From the NCBI GenBank assembly GCA_027317865.1, contig DAHVQG010000002.1, positions 1-64,000 of the forward strand: a stretch of DNA of 64,000 bases, in the 5' to 3' direction. This document shows, one piece after another, positions 21,526 to 30,032 of this stretch. The position numbers and the translations under genes are program-made. Each line of letters starts with the position of its first letter. Positions within the stretch are counted from its first letter, which is position 1. Source of the DNA: Bdellovibrionales bacterium. GTDB lineage: Bacteria > Bdellovibrionota > Bdellovibrionia > Bdellovibrionales > UBA1609. The notes under the pieces are model-generated. The model saw nothing but the letters and a program-made list of their open reading frames with translations, was not told the DNA's origin and did not search any database.

Positions 21526-22212
21526 GTGAAATCACGACTATTTATTTACTTATATTTCTTGGTTTTACTGTCTTTCGCCGGACTTTCGGCTTGCTCGCTC
21601 GTTACAGTTCATCAAAATCTTTTGAGCTCAAACGCCTCGCCAGAAAATGAATATGCGACGACTGGCGGTCAACCACCCGCGATGAGAAATGAATATTTTC
21701 GGCAAAAATACGGCCAAGAGTGGAACTTTGCGCGAAAAGAACTCGGAATACCGAAAAATGCGCCACTAACCCCTGATCAATCGAAGGCAATCACTACGCG
21801 TGTGGAATTGAACCGATTAGAAAACGCGATTCAAACGGATGAAGCCCGCAAACAGTACTACGCGCTCAAACCGTATTTTGAAAACGATGCCCAGCGTATT
21901 CATTTTTTGGAACTGCCCACGATGCAAGCACGTGAACAATGGGCCCGCGAACAAGGCATTACGACAAATCCAAAAATCAGCCAGACTGCGGCCACAATAA
22001 TCAAAGACAACAATATCGCGCTCGGGATGACCGGCAACGAAGTCGAGCAAAGTTGGGGCGAACCCACCGATATCGAATACGCCGGTAATCCCGTGTACCA
22101 AAACGAGCGTTGGAGTTACACCAAAGAAATTTCAACTAAAAGCGGATATCAAAAAGAAACCCGAGTCGTGTACTTTGAATTCGGTCGCGTCGCCGGATGG
22201 CAAACGCTTTAG
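21526..22212 (+). CDS. Hypothetical lipoprotein with SmpA/BamE-like C-terminal domain
   Basis: SD AGGAGG, lipobox LSAC; IALGMTGNEVEQSWGEP...ERWSY...VYFE.GRVAGW. Confidence 0.7.
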   Translation: MKSRLFIYLYFLVLLSFAGLSACSLVTVHQNLLSSNASPENEYATTGGQPPAMRNEYFRQKYGQEWNFARKELGIPKNAPLTPDQSKAITTRVELNRLENAIQTDEARKQYYALKPYFENDAQRIHFLELPTMQAREQWAREQGITTNPKISQTAATIIKDNNIALGMTGNEVEQSWGEPTDIEYAGNPVYQNERWSYTKEISTKSGYQKETRVVYFEFGRVAGWQTL

Positions 22213-24824
22213 GCGTGAGCGTCTTCCCAGTTTTCACCCCAGGCCGCATTTACTTCCAGCGGAACGCTCCAACGGACTACAGATTCCATAATATTTCGAA
22301 TGCGACTCGCGTGCGCTTCGACTTCATCCATTGGAACTTCTAGAACGAGTTCATCGTGAACTTGTAGAATCATCGGAACTTCGCACGACTGGTACACTTC
22401 AATCATCGCCTTTTTTATAATATCGGCTGCTGTACCTTGAATGGGGGCATTAATTGCCGCTCGCTCGCCAAATTTTCGAATGCCGCCGTTTTGCGATTTA
22501 AATTCGCCAATGTAACGACGCCGGCCAAAAAGCGTCTCGACGTACCCTTGCTTTTTGGCGGTCGCCACCGTACTCAACATATAATCTTTAACGCCTTTGA
22601 ATTTTTGAAAATAATTTTCGATAATCGTTTTGGCATCGTCACGCGAGATTTCAAGCGATTCGGAGAGACCAAACACCCCCTGGCCATAAGCGATCCCGAA
22701 ATTTACCGCTTTTGCCATCCTACGCTGCTCAGGAGTTACTTCGCGCATCGGAACGCCAAAAATTTCGGCCGCAGTTGCCGCATGGATATCTGAATTTCTG
22801 CTAAAAGCCGATCTGAGTCCCTTATCTCCGGTGATTTCAGCCAAAATTCTCAACTCCACTTGGCTGTAGTCTAACGACAATAAACACTGCCCCATTGGTG
22901 CGATGAATGCCTTGCGAATAGCACGACCGCGTTCCGTACGAATCGGTATGTTTTGCAAATTTGGGTTCACACTCGAAAGACGGCCCGTTTGCGTCACAGC
23001 CTGTTGATAATTCGTGTGAACACGGCCATCGGAAGGGTCAATCAACTCCGGCAACGCATCAACGTATGTCGATTTCAGTTTCGTTAACTCTCGGTACTTC
23101 AAAACAGAATCGCAAATCGGATACACCGGGGCCAATTTCGACAACACGTCGCTATCGGTCGAATAACCGGTTTTTGTTTTTTTCACCAACGGAATTTTTA
23201 ACTTTTCGAATAAAATGGCTCCGAGCTGTTTGGGACTTGCGATGTTAAAGCTCTCGTCGGCTTGTTGATATATTTTTTTTTCTAACACATCGATATCGCG
23301 GGCAAGTTCGACGCTCTGTTCGTTTAAAGTTTTTTTATCGATGTAGACGCCTCTGCGCTCCATATCATAGAGAACGGGGACAAGAGGCAACTCCATACCG
23401 TTCAATATTTCAAAGCCGCGAGTCGATTCGAGTTGACGCCGAAGTTCGACCTCTAATTCGCGCTCACAAAATAAAATATCTTCGGGAGCAGCCAAGTCCT
23501 GCACCTTTTTGCCCAAATGAAATTCATAAACGGACGGAAAACCGTCAATTTCACCCGCGCGAGCGACGTACGCCGCAAGCATTGAATCCCACACCGGTGT
23601 TATGGGCTTTTCAAAATGGAGATGTTTCCACACCGTTTTGATATCAAAGCCCTTCCACCGCAAAAGTTTTGGGCCCAACACTTGTCCAATTTCGGCAAGC
23701 GTCGCATCCACTTGAACGGATTTGCCGGAATAACCAAGACAAAATCCGCGTTCATTCTCCACCACCCAAATTTCACTATAAGGCTGAACCCGCTCCCGCA
23801 ATTGTGCCGTCGTCCATTTATCGCGCGGCCAAGGTTGAATGCCAACTTGCGAAATAGTGGACTGGCGTCGGCCATTTTTTGACGACGCGTCTTTTTCATC
23901 GCTTTCGTGTTCAGACGATTTGGAGCCGGCACCGCCGCGACTTGTGGAATCACTTTCAACAGTAGCCGTCGCCTCACCCGGAAACAATTTGCGCGCGAAT
24001 GCGTCGAATTCCAATTCAGATAATAGCGCGATGATTTTATCGCGATCAATCGGTTGCAGCCGGAGAGCTTCAAGGTCGTTACAAACATCGAGGTCGGTGC
24101 GAATCGTCACGAGCTTTTTTGCCAACAACGAATCGGCATGTCCGTCCTGAAGTTTTTTTCTCAGACTTTCACTTTTGATGTCGTTCAGATGTTCATAAAT
24201 GTTTTCAAGCGTTTTAAATTCCGCTAGAAGTTTTTGCGCGCCTTTTGGCCCCACTCCGCGGATACCCGGAATATTATCGCTCGTATCGCCGACAATCGCC
24301 AAGTAATCGATCATTTGTTCGGGGGTCACACCCCATTTTTCGATAACCCCTTGCCTGTCATAACGGACATCTTTCATCGTGTCGTAAAGAGTGACGTGAT
24401 GGTTTACAAGTTGCGCGAAATCTTTGTCGCCACTGACGATTGAAACTTCACATCGGTGTTTAGCGCCAAAGACGGCAAGACTGCCGATAATGTCGTCTGC
24501 TTCATAGCCCAGCTTATCGAGAGCGTGTATGCCAAGTAGACCTGTTAACTGACGAACGTACGGCAATTGGGGAGCTAAATCATCGGGCATCTCAGCGCGA
24601 TTGGCCTTGTAATCGGGATACATTTCATTTCTAAAAGTGGGCTCTTTGCGGTCAAAACAATAGGCCATGTAATCCGGCCGATTTTCGCGCAACAGTTTAA
24701 TACTCATCGCCAGAAAGCCATAAAGAGCATTTGTCGGTAGCCCCTTTGACGTTCGCAGAGGCGGCAAGGCAAAAAACGCCCTAAAAAACATCGAGCTCAC
24801 ATCAACCAGGTAAAGTTTTTTCAT
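22209..24824 (-). CDS. polA: DNA polymerase I
   Basis: 5'-3' exonuclease (YKANR, EADDIIG, GDKDF, GDTSDNIPG); polymerase motifs TGRLSSVNPNLQNIP, DYSQVELRILA, AKAVNFGIAYG, QVHDELV. Confidence 0.98.
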   Translation of the reverse strand: MKKLYLVDVSSMFFRAFFALPPLRTSKGLPTNALYGFLAMSIKLLRENRPDYMAYCFDRKEPTFRNEMYPDYKANRAEMPDDLAPQLPYVRQLTGLLGIHALDKLGYEADDIIGSLAVFGAKHRCEVSIVSGDKDFAQLVNHHVTLYDTMKDVRYDRQGVIEKWGVTPEQMIDYLAIVGDTSDNIPGIRGVGPKGAQKLLAEFKTLENIYEHLNDIKSESLRKKLQDGHADSLLAKKLVTIRTDLDVCNDLEALRLQPIDRDKIIALLSELEFDAFARKLFPGEATATVESDSTSRGGAGSKSSEHESDEKDASSKNGRRQSTISQVGIQPWPRDKWTTAQLRERVQPYSEIWVVENERGFCLGYSGKSVQVDATLAEIGQVLGPKLLRWKGFDIKTVWKHLHFEKPITPVWDSMLAAYVARAGEIDGFPSVYEFHLGKKVQDLAAPEDILFCERELEVELRRQLESTRGFEILNGMELPLVPVLYDMERRGVYIDKKTLNEQSVELARDIDVLEKKIYQQADESFNIASPKQLGAILFEKLKIPLVKKTKTGYSTDSDVLSKLAPVYPICDSVLKYRELTKLKSTYVDALPELIDPSDGRVHTNYQQAVTQTGRLSSVNPNLQNIPIRTERGRAIRKAFIAPMGQCLLSLDYSQVELRILAEITGDKGLRSAFSRNSDIHAATAAEIFGVPMREVTPEQRRMAKAVNFGIAYGQGVFGLSESLEISRDDAKTIIENYFQKFKGVKDYMLSTVATAKKQGYVETLFGRRRYIGEFKSQNGGIRKFGERAAINAPIQGTAADIIKKAMIEVYQSCEVPMILQVHDELVLEVPMDEVEAHASRIRNIMESVVRWSVPLEVNAAWGENWEDAHA

Positions 24825-25111
24825 TTATATTGGATTATACGCGAAATCGTGTCGGAATGAATTTGCTCCCGGCCCATTTCGTCGAGATAACGATCGGCAA
24901 CCGGCTGACGCTCAATCTGTTCGGAATGCGATTCGGCGTAAAATGACAGCCGATCCAACTGCAAAACATCGTCGGAACTTGGCGCCTTTTCGTTGCGCTC
25001 CCATTTCGCGACAAGGTCTGGTGTTGCACCAAAGAATCGTGCAAAATCCGCGCCCGACCAACCCAACCGAAGGCGCAAATTTCGAATATCACCTGCCAAC
25101 CATTTATTCAT
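24821..25111 (-). CDS. XRE-family HTH protein
   Basis: IRNLRLRLGWSGADFARFFG...VAKWERNEKAP; start set at ATG 25111; stop overlaps the polA start (ATGA). Confidence 0.75.
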   Translation of the reverse strand: MNKWLAGDIRNLRLRLGWSGADFARFFGATPDLVAKWERNEKAPSSDDVLQLDRLSFYAESHSEQIERQPVADRYLDEMGREQIHSDTISRIIQYK

Positions 25112-25145
25112 GTTGCCACCCTTTTCGCACAAAGCGGTCGCGCAA

Positions 25146-25352
25146 TCAAGCGGCAAACAAATGCACACAAAATGCTTCTAGGCCAAGCTCAGTGGTTATA
25201 ACGTCAAACGCTACACCCGCACCGATGACGATATCGTTGGCGGTAGCACCTTCAACCGCGCTGAAATGAAAATAAACTTCACGGCCATCGAAATCTTCGA
25301 TAAATCCGTAGCCCTTACTGTGAAAGTAACATTTGACACGACCGTTGATCAT
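25146..25352 (-). CDS. Cold-shock domain protein (divergent)
   Basis: GRVKCYF..KGYGFI (RNP1), VYFHFSA (RNP2). Confidence 0.85.
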   Translation of the reverse strand: MINGRVKCYFHSKGYGFIEDFDGREVYFHFSAVEGATANDIVIGAGVAFDVITTELGLEAFCVHLFAA

Positions 25353-25396
25353 GACAGTTTACCCCCTGTATTGTGCAATAATTTGTTGGCCGGGAT

Positions 25397-25711
25397 CTAA
25401 TTACGAGAAAAGACAAAAACCAGATCTCCTTTATTGGCGAGGTTCAATCGCTCACGCGCCTCGAGCTCAAGAAAACTGGGGTCTCGAGTTTCACGAAGTT
25501 TTTTGTCGATTTTCTTCGTTTGGTTGCGAAGTTGCACCGTGCGCGCAGCAATAAGATTTGAATCATGATTCAAATTCCAAAGCCGAAATAATGTACCATT
25601 TAGAATTAAACCGGCCGTCACGACAACGAGACAAATTACGAATATTCGCAACGGGTGTTGAACAAAATCAGAAATTCTTTGACCAATTCGATTAAAAAAA
25701 CGACGGATCAT
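25397..25711 (-). CDS. ftsB: FtsB/DivIC-like septum formation initiator
   Basis: TM + coiled coil + DPSFLELEARERLNLANKGDLVFVF; follows eno. Confidence 0.8.
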   Translation of the reverse strand: MIRRFFNRIGQRISDFVQHPLRIFVICLVVVTAGLILNGTLFRLWNLNHDSNLIAARTVQLRNQTKKIDKKLRETRDPSFLELEARERLNLANKGDLVFVFSRN

Positions 25712-25734
25712 CCAAACTAAATTTTACCTAAAAT

Positions 25735-27009
25735 TTATCGAAAGCGGAACGCGTCTGCGGCCCAATACTGGACTTTCGGCCCAATCTCCTCTTCAATTCT
25801 TAACAGCTGGTTATATTTTGCGATACGTTCGCTCCGGCACAGGCTGCCCGTTTTAATTTGCTCGCATTCAAAGCCCACGCTGAGGTCGGCAATCGTTGCA
25901 TCTTCTGTTTCACCGCTTCGATGGGAGATAACCGCGTGAAAACCCGCTGAATGTGCAAGCTCGACTGCCTGTTTGGTTTCGGTATAGGTCCCGATTTGAT
26001 TGACTTTGATCAGAATTGAATTCGCCGCACGCGTCTCTATGCCCTTTTCTAAACGCTTTAGATTGGTCACAAATATATCGTCGCCAACAATTTGCATTTT
26101 TTTGCCCTGGCTTGCCGTAAATTTTTGCCATGACTCCCAATCGTCTTCAGCAAAGCCGTCTTCTATACTGACAATCGGATATTTCTGCGCCCATTTATCG
26201 TAAATCGCGCCGAGCTCATCGCCAGAAAGCCTTTGCCCCTCCCACAGGTACTTACCGTTTTCAAAAAGTTCGGTTGCGGCCACATCGAGAGCGAGTTTGA
26301 TCTGTTCGCCAAGTTTGTAACCTGACTTTTCAACCGCCTTAGACAAAAGCTCAAGTGCCTTCTCGTTATTTTCAAGTCGCGGCGCAAATCCCCCCTCATC
26401 ACCTACTGCCGTCGGTAATGATTTTTCACTGAGAACTTTTTTAAGTGTGTGAAAAATTTCGCTTCCGGCTCGAAGCGCATCGTGAAAAGTCGAAAACCCG
26501 ACCGGCACGATCATAAATTCCTGAACATTCAGACCATTATCCGCATGCGCGCCGCCGTTGAGCACATTCATCAGTGGAACCGGCATTTTAGTCGCCCGAT
26601 CGCCTGAAACGTATCGAAATAGTGAAAGCCGCTGGCTGAGTGCTCCCGCTTTTAGCGCTGCAAGCGACACGCCCAAGACTGCATTTGCACCAAGCCGGCT
26701 TTTATTTGGAGTACCATCGGCCTCCATTAAAATCTGATCAATTTTTAATTGGTTCGTAGGGTCTGCACCGATCACTTTCGGGCCCAAAATATTGTTCACA
26801 TTGGCAATCGCCTTAGACACGCCTTTACCGTGAAAAAATTTAAGATCACCGTCGCGTAATTCTATGGCTTCATGCGCACCAGTTGACGCCCCAGACGGGA
26901 TTGCGGCACGGCCCACAAACTGGTTATCAACAGTTACTTCAACTTCAACTGTTGGGTAACCACGACTGTCGAGAATCTGCCGCGCGCGTACTTGTGTGAT
27001 CTTGCCCAT
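25735..27009 (-). CDS. eno: Enolase
   Basis: DSRGYPTVE, PSGASTGAHEA, VGDEGGFAP, SHRSGETED, RSERIAKYNQLLRIEE. Confidence 0.98.
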   Translation of the reverse strand: MGKITQVRARQILDSRGYPTVEVEVTVDNQFVGRAAIPSGASTGAHEAIELRDGDLKFFHGKGVSKAIANVNNILGPKVIGADPTNQLKIDQILMEADGTPNKSRLGANAVLGVSLAALKAGALSQRLSLFRYVSGDRATKMPVPLMNVLNGGAHADNGLNVQEFMIVPVGFSTFHDALRAGSEIFHTLKKVLSEKSLPTAVGDEGGFAPRLENNEKALELLSKAVEKSGYKLGEQIKLALDVAATELFENGKYLWEGQRLSGDELGAIYDKWAQKYPIVSIEDGFAEDDWESWQKFTASQGKKMQIVGDDIFVTNLKRLEKGIETRAANSILIKVNQIGTYTETKQAVELAHSAGFHAVISHRSGETEDATIADLSVGFECEQIKTGSLCRSERIAKYNQLLRIEEEIGPKVQYWAADAFRFR

Positions 27010-27961
27010 GAAATGCCTCCTTAGAACGGTTCGATGACTCTGAATGATTCAGCAGTTCACGTGTGACTTCACTGAAATTTTCTTGCACGCGCTCCCAATT
27101 CACGCGCTTCATTGCCTCACGCACTTGTTCGGACATGCGGTCTTGTCCTATCAGTAAAGTGATCAGCTGTTGGGAACGCGTAAAATAATCTTGCAACTTC
27201 ATAATCTGCTGGTGAATTCCCGAATTGCTTTCTGAAGCACCCGTCAAAGATTCCGTCTGAACAGGCATCGACTTTGCGGCAAGCGCATTTTCGAGTTTAA
27301 TCCGTTCAAGTTCGCGTGTTTTGGCAAGTAAAGCTTGTTCCGTTTTCTCAAGAGTTGAAATCAAATTTTCAAACACTTCGGGAGCCATTTGGCGCCGTTC
27401 GACGGATTCATTGCGAAACGCAGCTTGTGAGGGCTGCCAATTGACGCTCAAACGATTTTGTTGCCAATTTGCTTCGGCCATCGGTAACCCCATAAAAACA
27501 GGAATTGTTTCTATGGCCGAACGAATATACGCCGCAACGTGCGGAAATTCGTCAGACGAAATCGGCAAATCAAATGAAACGCTGAACTCGCCACGACGAA
27601 TATTCGCAATCGGTGGCGCCGGTGAAATAAAATAAGAAAGAAACCGCTGCGGTTGCAGAAAAATATCGTGAGGTTTATCGATCATTCGCAATACGCTATC
27701 GAGTACGCCCCATGCCTTGAGCTCTTTCGCGCTATGCCCAATAAGTTCCAACGGATTTTCGATACTTCTCTGTTCCACACACCAGTTTTCAACCTGCCCC
27801 AAAAATCGATCTAATCGAGCAGCGTCAAGCCAGCAGCTCGTATCTTTCAAAAATTCAAACGGCAGGTCAGTGAGGTCGTAAATGTCATGGAGGTCTTCGC
27901 CGCGCTGGTGCAAAAAAGTGATGATGGAATTGGTAATTTTACCGCTGAAAAACACGGCCAC
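26945..27961 (-). CDS. Hypothetical cytoplasmic protein (possible V4R/H-NOX-like sensor fold + coiled coil)
   Basis: 338-aa ORF between cpaF and eno, overlapping the eno 5' end; fold guess by eye only. Confidence 0.6.
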   Translation of the reverse strand: MAVFFSGKITNSIITFLHQRGEDLHDIYDLTDLPFEFLKDTSCWLDAARLDRFLGQVENWCVEQRSIENPLELIGHSAKELKAWGVLDSVLRMIDKPHDIFLQPQRFLSYFISPAPPIANIRRGEFSVSFDLPISSDEFPHVAAYIRSAIETIPVFMGLPMAEANWQQNRLSVNWQPSQAAFRNESVERRQMAPEVFENLISTLEKTEQALLAKTRELERIKLENALAAKSMPVQTESLTGASESNSGIHQQIMKLQDYFTRSQQLITLLIGQDRMSEQVREAMKRVNWERVQENFSEVTRELLNHSESSNRSKEAFHGQDHTSTRAADSRQSWLPNS

Positions 27962-28036
27962 TTTGTATATTTTGTGGCTAACTGTGACAAGCTGGATTAC
28001 AGACCCGGTGCGTTGTGGGCGTCAGCACGGTTATTC

Positions 28037-29149
28037 TTATGCTGCGCTGGGTTTTTGAAACTTGTCGCGCCCGAATGGGATTTGATTGTCCTCTATTTCT
28101 GCTAAAAATGTAGGCAATTCGCCGGTGGGTTGCAGACTTCCTGCAAGTTTGCCGTCTGGACGTTTCAAAAGACGGCTCATCGAATAAATCGGGACAACGT
28201 CGTAGGACCCGTCCGGTGTAAACCCTCGCACTTCTGAAATTTCAGCTATCCGGCGGGAGCCATCCGAATAGCGCGAAATCTGTACAACAATGTCAATCGC
28301 TGAAACAATCTGACCGCGAAGGGCCCGCTCGCTCAACTTTTGTTCGGCGCCTTGTGCAAGAGCCTCGAGTCGCGTCAAGGCATCTTCCGACGAATTGGCG
28401 TGCACCGTACCCATACAACCTTTGTGGCCCGTGTTCATCGCCTGAACGAGTTCAAGCGCTTCAGCGCCGCGCACTTCGCCGACAACAATGCGATCAGGGC
28501 GCAAACGCAAGCTACTTTTGAGAAGGTCGCGTACCGATACTTCACTTAAATTTTTTTCATCGGCCATGCGAGTTTCGAAAAACACAACGTGTTCGTATTC
28601 AACTTTAAGTTCGCTGGCGTCTTCAATTACGATAAGCCGTTGGCCCGGCGGGATGCGCTCACATAACATTCCAAGCAGAGTCGTTTTACCGCTTCCTGTG
28701 CCGCCGCTGACAAGAATATTTTTGCCGAGTTTAACTGCAATATCCAAAAACTGGGCGGCGTCGAGACTGATCGCTCCCATACGCACGTATTCTTTAAATG
28801 AAATTTGTTGTGATGCGAATTTTCGAATTGCGACCGTCGTACCTTTTCGCGAACAAGGTGGTAGTACAGCGTGTATGCGATAACCGTTCGGCAGTCGCGC
28901 ATCAAGACGAGGCTGATCGTCATTGATAACACGCCCGACGCTTTGAGCGATATTGTTAACCGCGGCCCGCAACGAATCTTCGTCCTTAAACGCCGCTGTG
29001 GTTTTCTGAATTTTCCCGGCGATTTCGACCCAAATTTCATTTGGCCCATTGATCATTACTTCGGTCACGCTTTCATCATTTAACAGATGCTCGATCGGTG
29101 CCAAAAAATTTCGAATGGCCTCTTGAAACACCGTGCCTGGAGTATTCAC
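28037..29149 (-). CDS. cpaF: CpaF/TadA family pilus assembly ATPase
   Basis: LDARLP.G.R, GGTGSGKTT, IEDASEL, LRLRPDRIVVGEVRG, TGHKG.MGTVHAN. Confidence 0.93.
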   Translation of the reverse strand: MNTPGTVFQEAIRNFLAPIEHLLNDESVTEVMINGPNEIWVEIAGKIQKTTAAFKDEDSLRAAVNNIAQSVGRVINDDQPRLDARLPNGYRIHAVLPPCSRKGTTVAIRKFASQQISFKEYVRMGAISLDAAQFLDIAVKLGKNILVSGGTGSGKTTLLGMLCERIPPGQRLIVIEDASELKVEYEHVVFFETRMADEKNLSEVSVRDLLKSSLRLRPDRIVVGEVRGAEALELVQAMNTGHKGCMGTVHANSSEDALTRLEALAQGAEQKLSERALRGQIVSAIDIVVQISRYSDGSRRIAEISEVRGFTPDGSYDVVPIYSMSRLLKRPDGKLAGSLQPTGELPTFLAEIEDNQIPFGRDKFQKPSAA

Positions 29150-29152
29150 GGT

Positions 29153-29761
29153 TTACTCCGATGCGGGTTCGCGAAGATCCAGTTTAATGGCTGGCGTTGT
29201 AACTGGAGCCGCGGGAGCGGTCGAATATACAATTAATTGCCCTTGTGCAGAAGTTTCGGGGGATTCATACGAGTAAACCCCGTCGCGGGTCGGCGCGATA
29301 TTAAACGAACGAACCTTGCCATAATAGGTCGAGTCGTATTCGTTAAATGCATCCATTATAAAACTGACATTGCGGTCGTTTTTGTTCACGTTTACGACGT
29401 AAATACGGTACTGCTGACCCTCGCGAACTCGAATTGTTGAAGGAATAAATCCCTTGTCGGTATTGAGAATAACAATATCCTGTACCGGCCGCGTAGTATC
29501 GATAATGTTCGAGAATAAATTCGGTTGTGCAGCTGTTTGAGCTTGCGCTGGCAAGAGACTCAAATCGGTACTCGTCACTGACGACTCCGTCGGGCCAACT
29601 CGATGGGCAAAGTCGATCTTCCAGCTTGCAAATGCGGAACCCGCCGTCAACAATACGGTCGCAATCGCGATGACGTATAGGCTAGTGGATCTGTTGCCGC
29701 GCGTGAAAATCGGCAAATTCACGAGCCACCTCCATTGCCAAATAGCCGAGCGATCGCTCAT
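29153..29761 (-). CDS. Secreted cupredoxin-fold protein (start uncertain)
   Basis: Signal peptide; GFIPSTIRVREGQ...N...GVYSY...GQLIV; the 5' part overlaps the upstream small ORF, so the start may be later. Confidence 0.65.
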   Translation of the reverse strand: MSDRSAIWQWRWLVNLPIFTRGNRSTSLYVIAIATVLLTAGSAFASWKIDFAHRVGPTESSVTSTDLSLLPAQAQTAAQPNLFSNIIDTTRPVQDIVILNTDKGFIPSTIRVREGQQYRIYVVNVNKNDRNVSFIMDAFNEYDSTYYGKVRSFNIAPTRDGVYSYESPETSAQGQLIVYSTAPAAPVTTPAIKLDLREPASE

Positions 29762-29960
29762 CGAACGTCTCGAGTTTTTCTATTAGCACTCCCACGTCTG
29801 ATTGAAAATTGTTGGCAACTTTAACCACAGCGAATAGTGGTGCAGGATCCTGGTTCATTTCTTTCAGGGCATCTTGCCAATCGACTTGCAATATGGGCTC
29901 AATCACACCCATTTCATAGAGCGCATCAAACACTGTTTGCAAATTCCCTTGGAGGTACAT
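29682..29960 (-). CDS. Small acidic hypothetical protein
   Basis: 92 aa, SD GGAG upstream, first gene after a sigma28-like promoter. Confidence 0.7.
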   Translation of the reverse strand: MYLQGNLQTVFDALYEMGVIEPILQVDWQDALKEMNQDPAPLFAVVKVANNFQSDVGVLIEKLETFDERSLGYLAMEVAREFADFHARQQIH

Positions 29961-29988
29961 GAAAACTCCGTCGGTTGTTACAGTGTCT

Positions 29989-30016
29989 TATTCGGAGACT
30001 ATTGCTTTGAAGTTGA
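29989..30016 (-). promoter_or_regulatory. Putative sigma28 (FliA) promoter for the cpaF operon
   Basis: TCAAC-N15-TCCGAATA on the minus strand, ~30 nt upstream of ATG 29960. Confidence 0.5.
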
Positions 30017-30032
30017 GTCTAGGTTGGTATTG

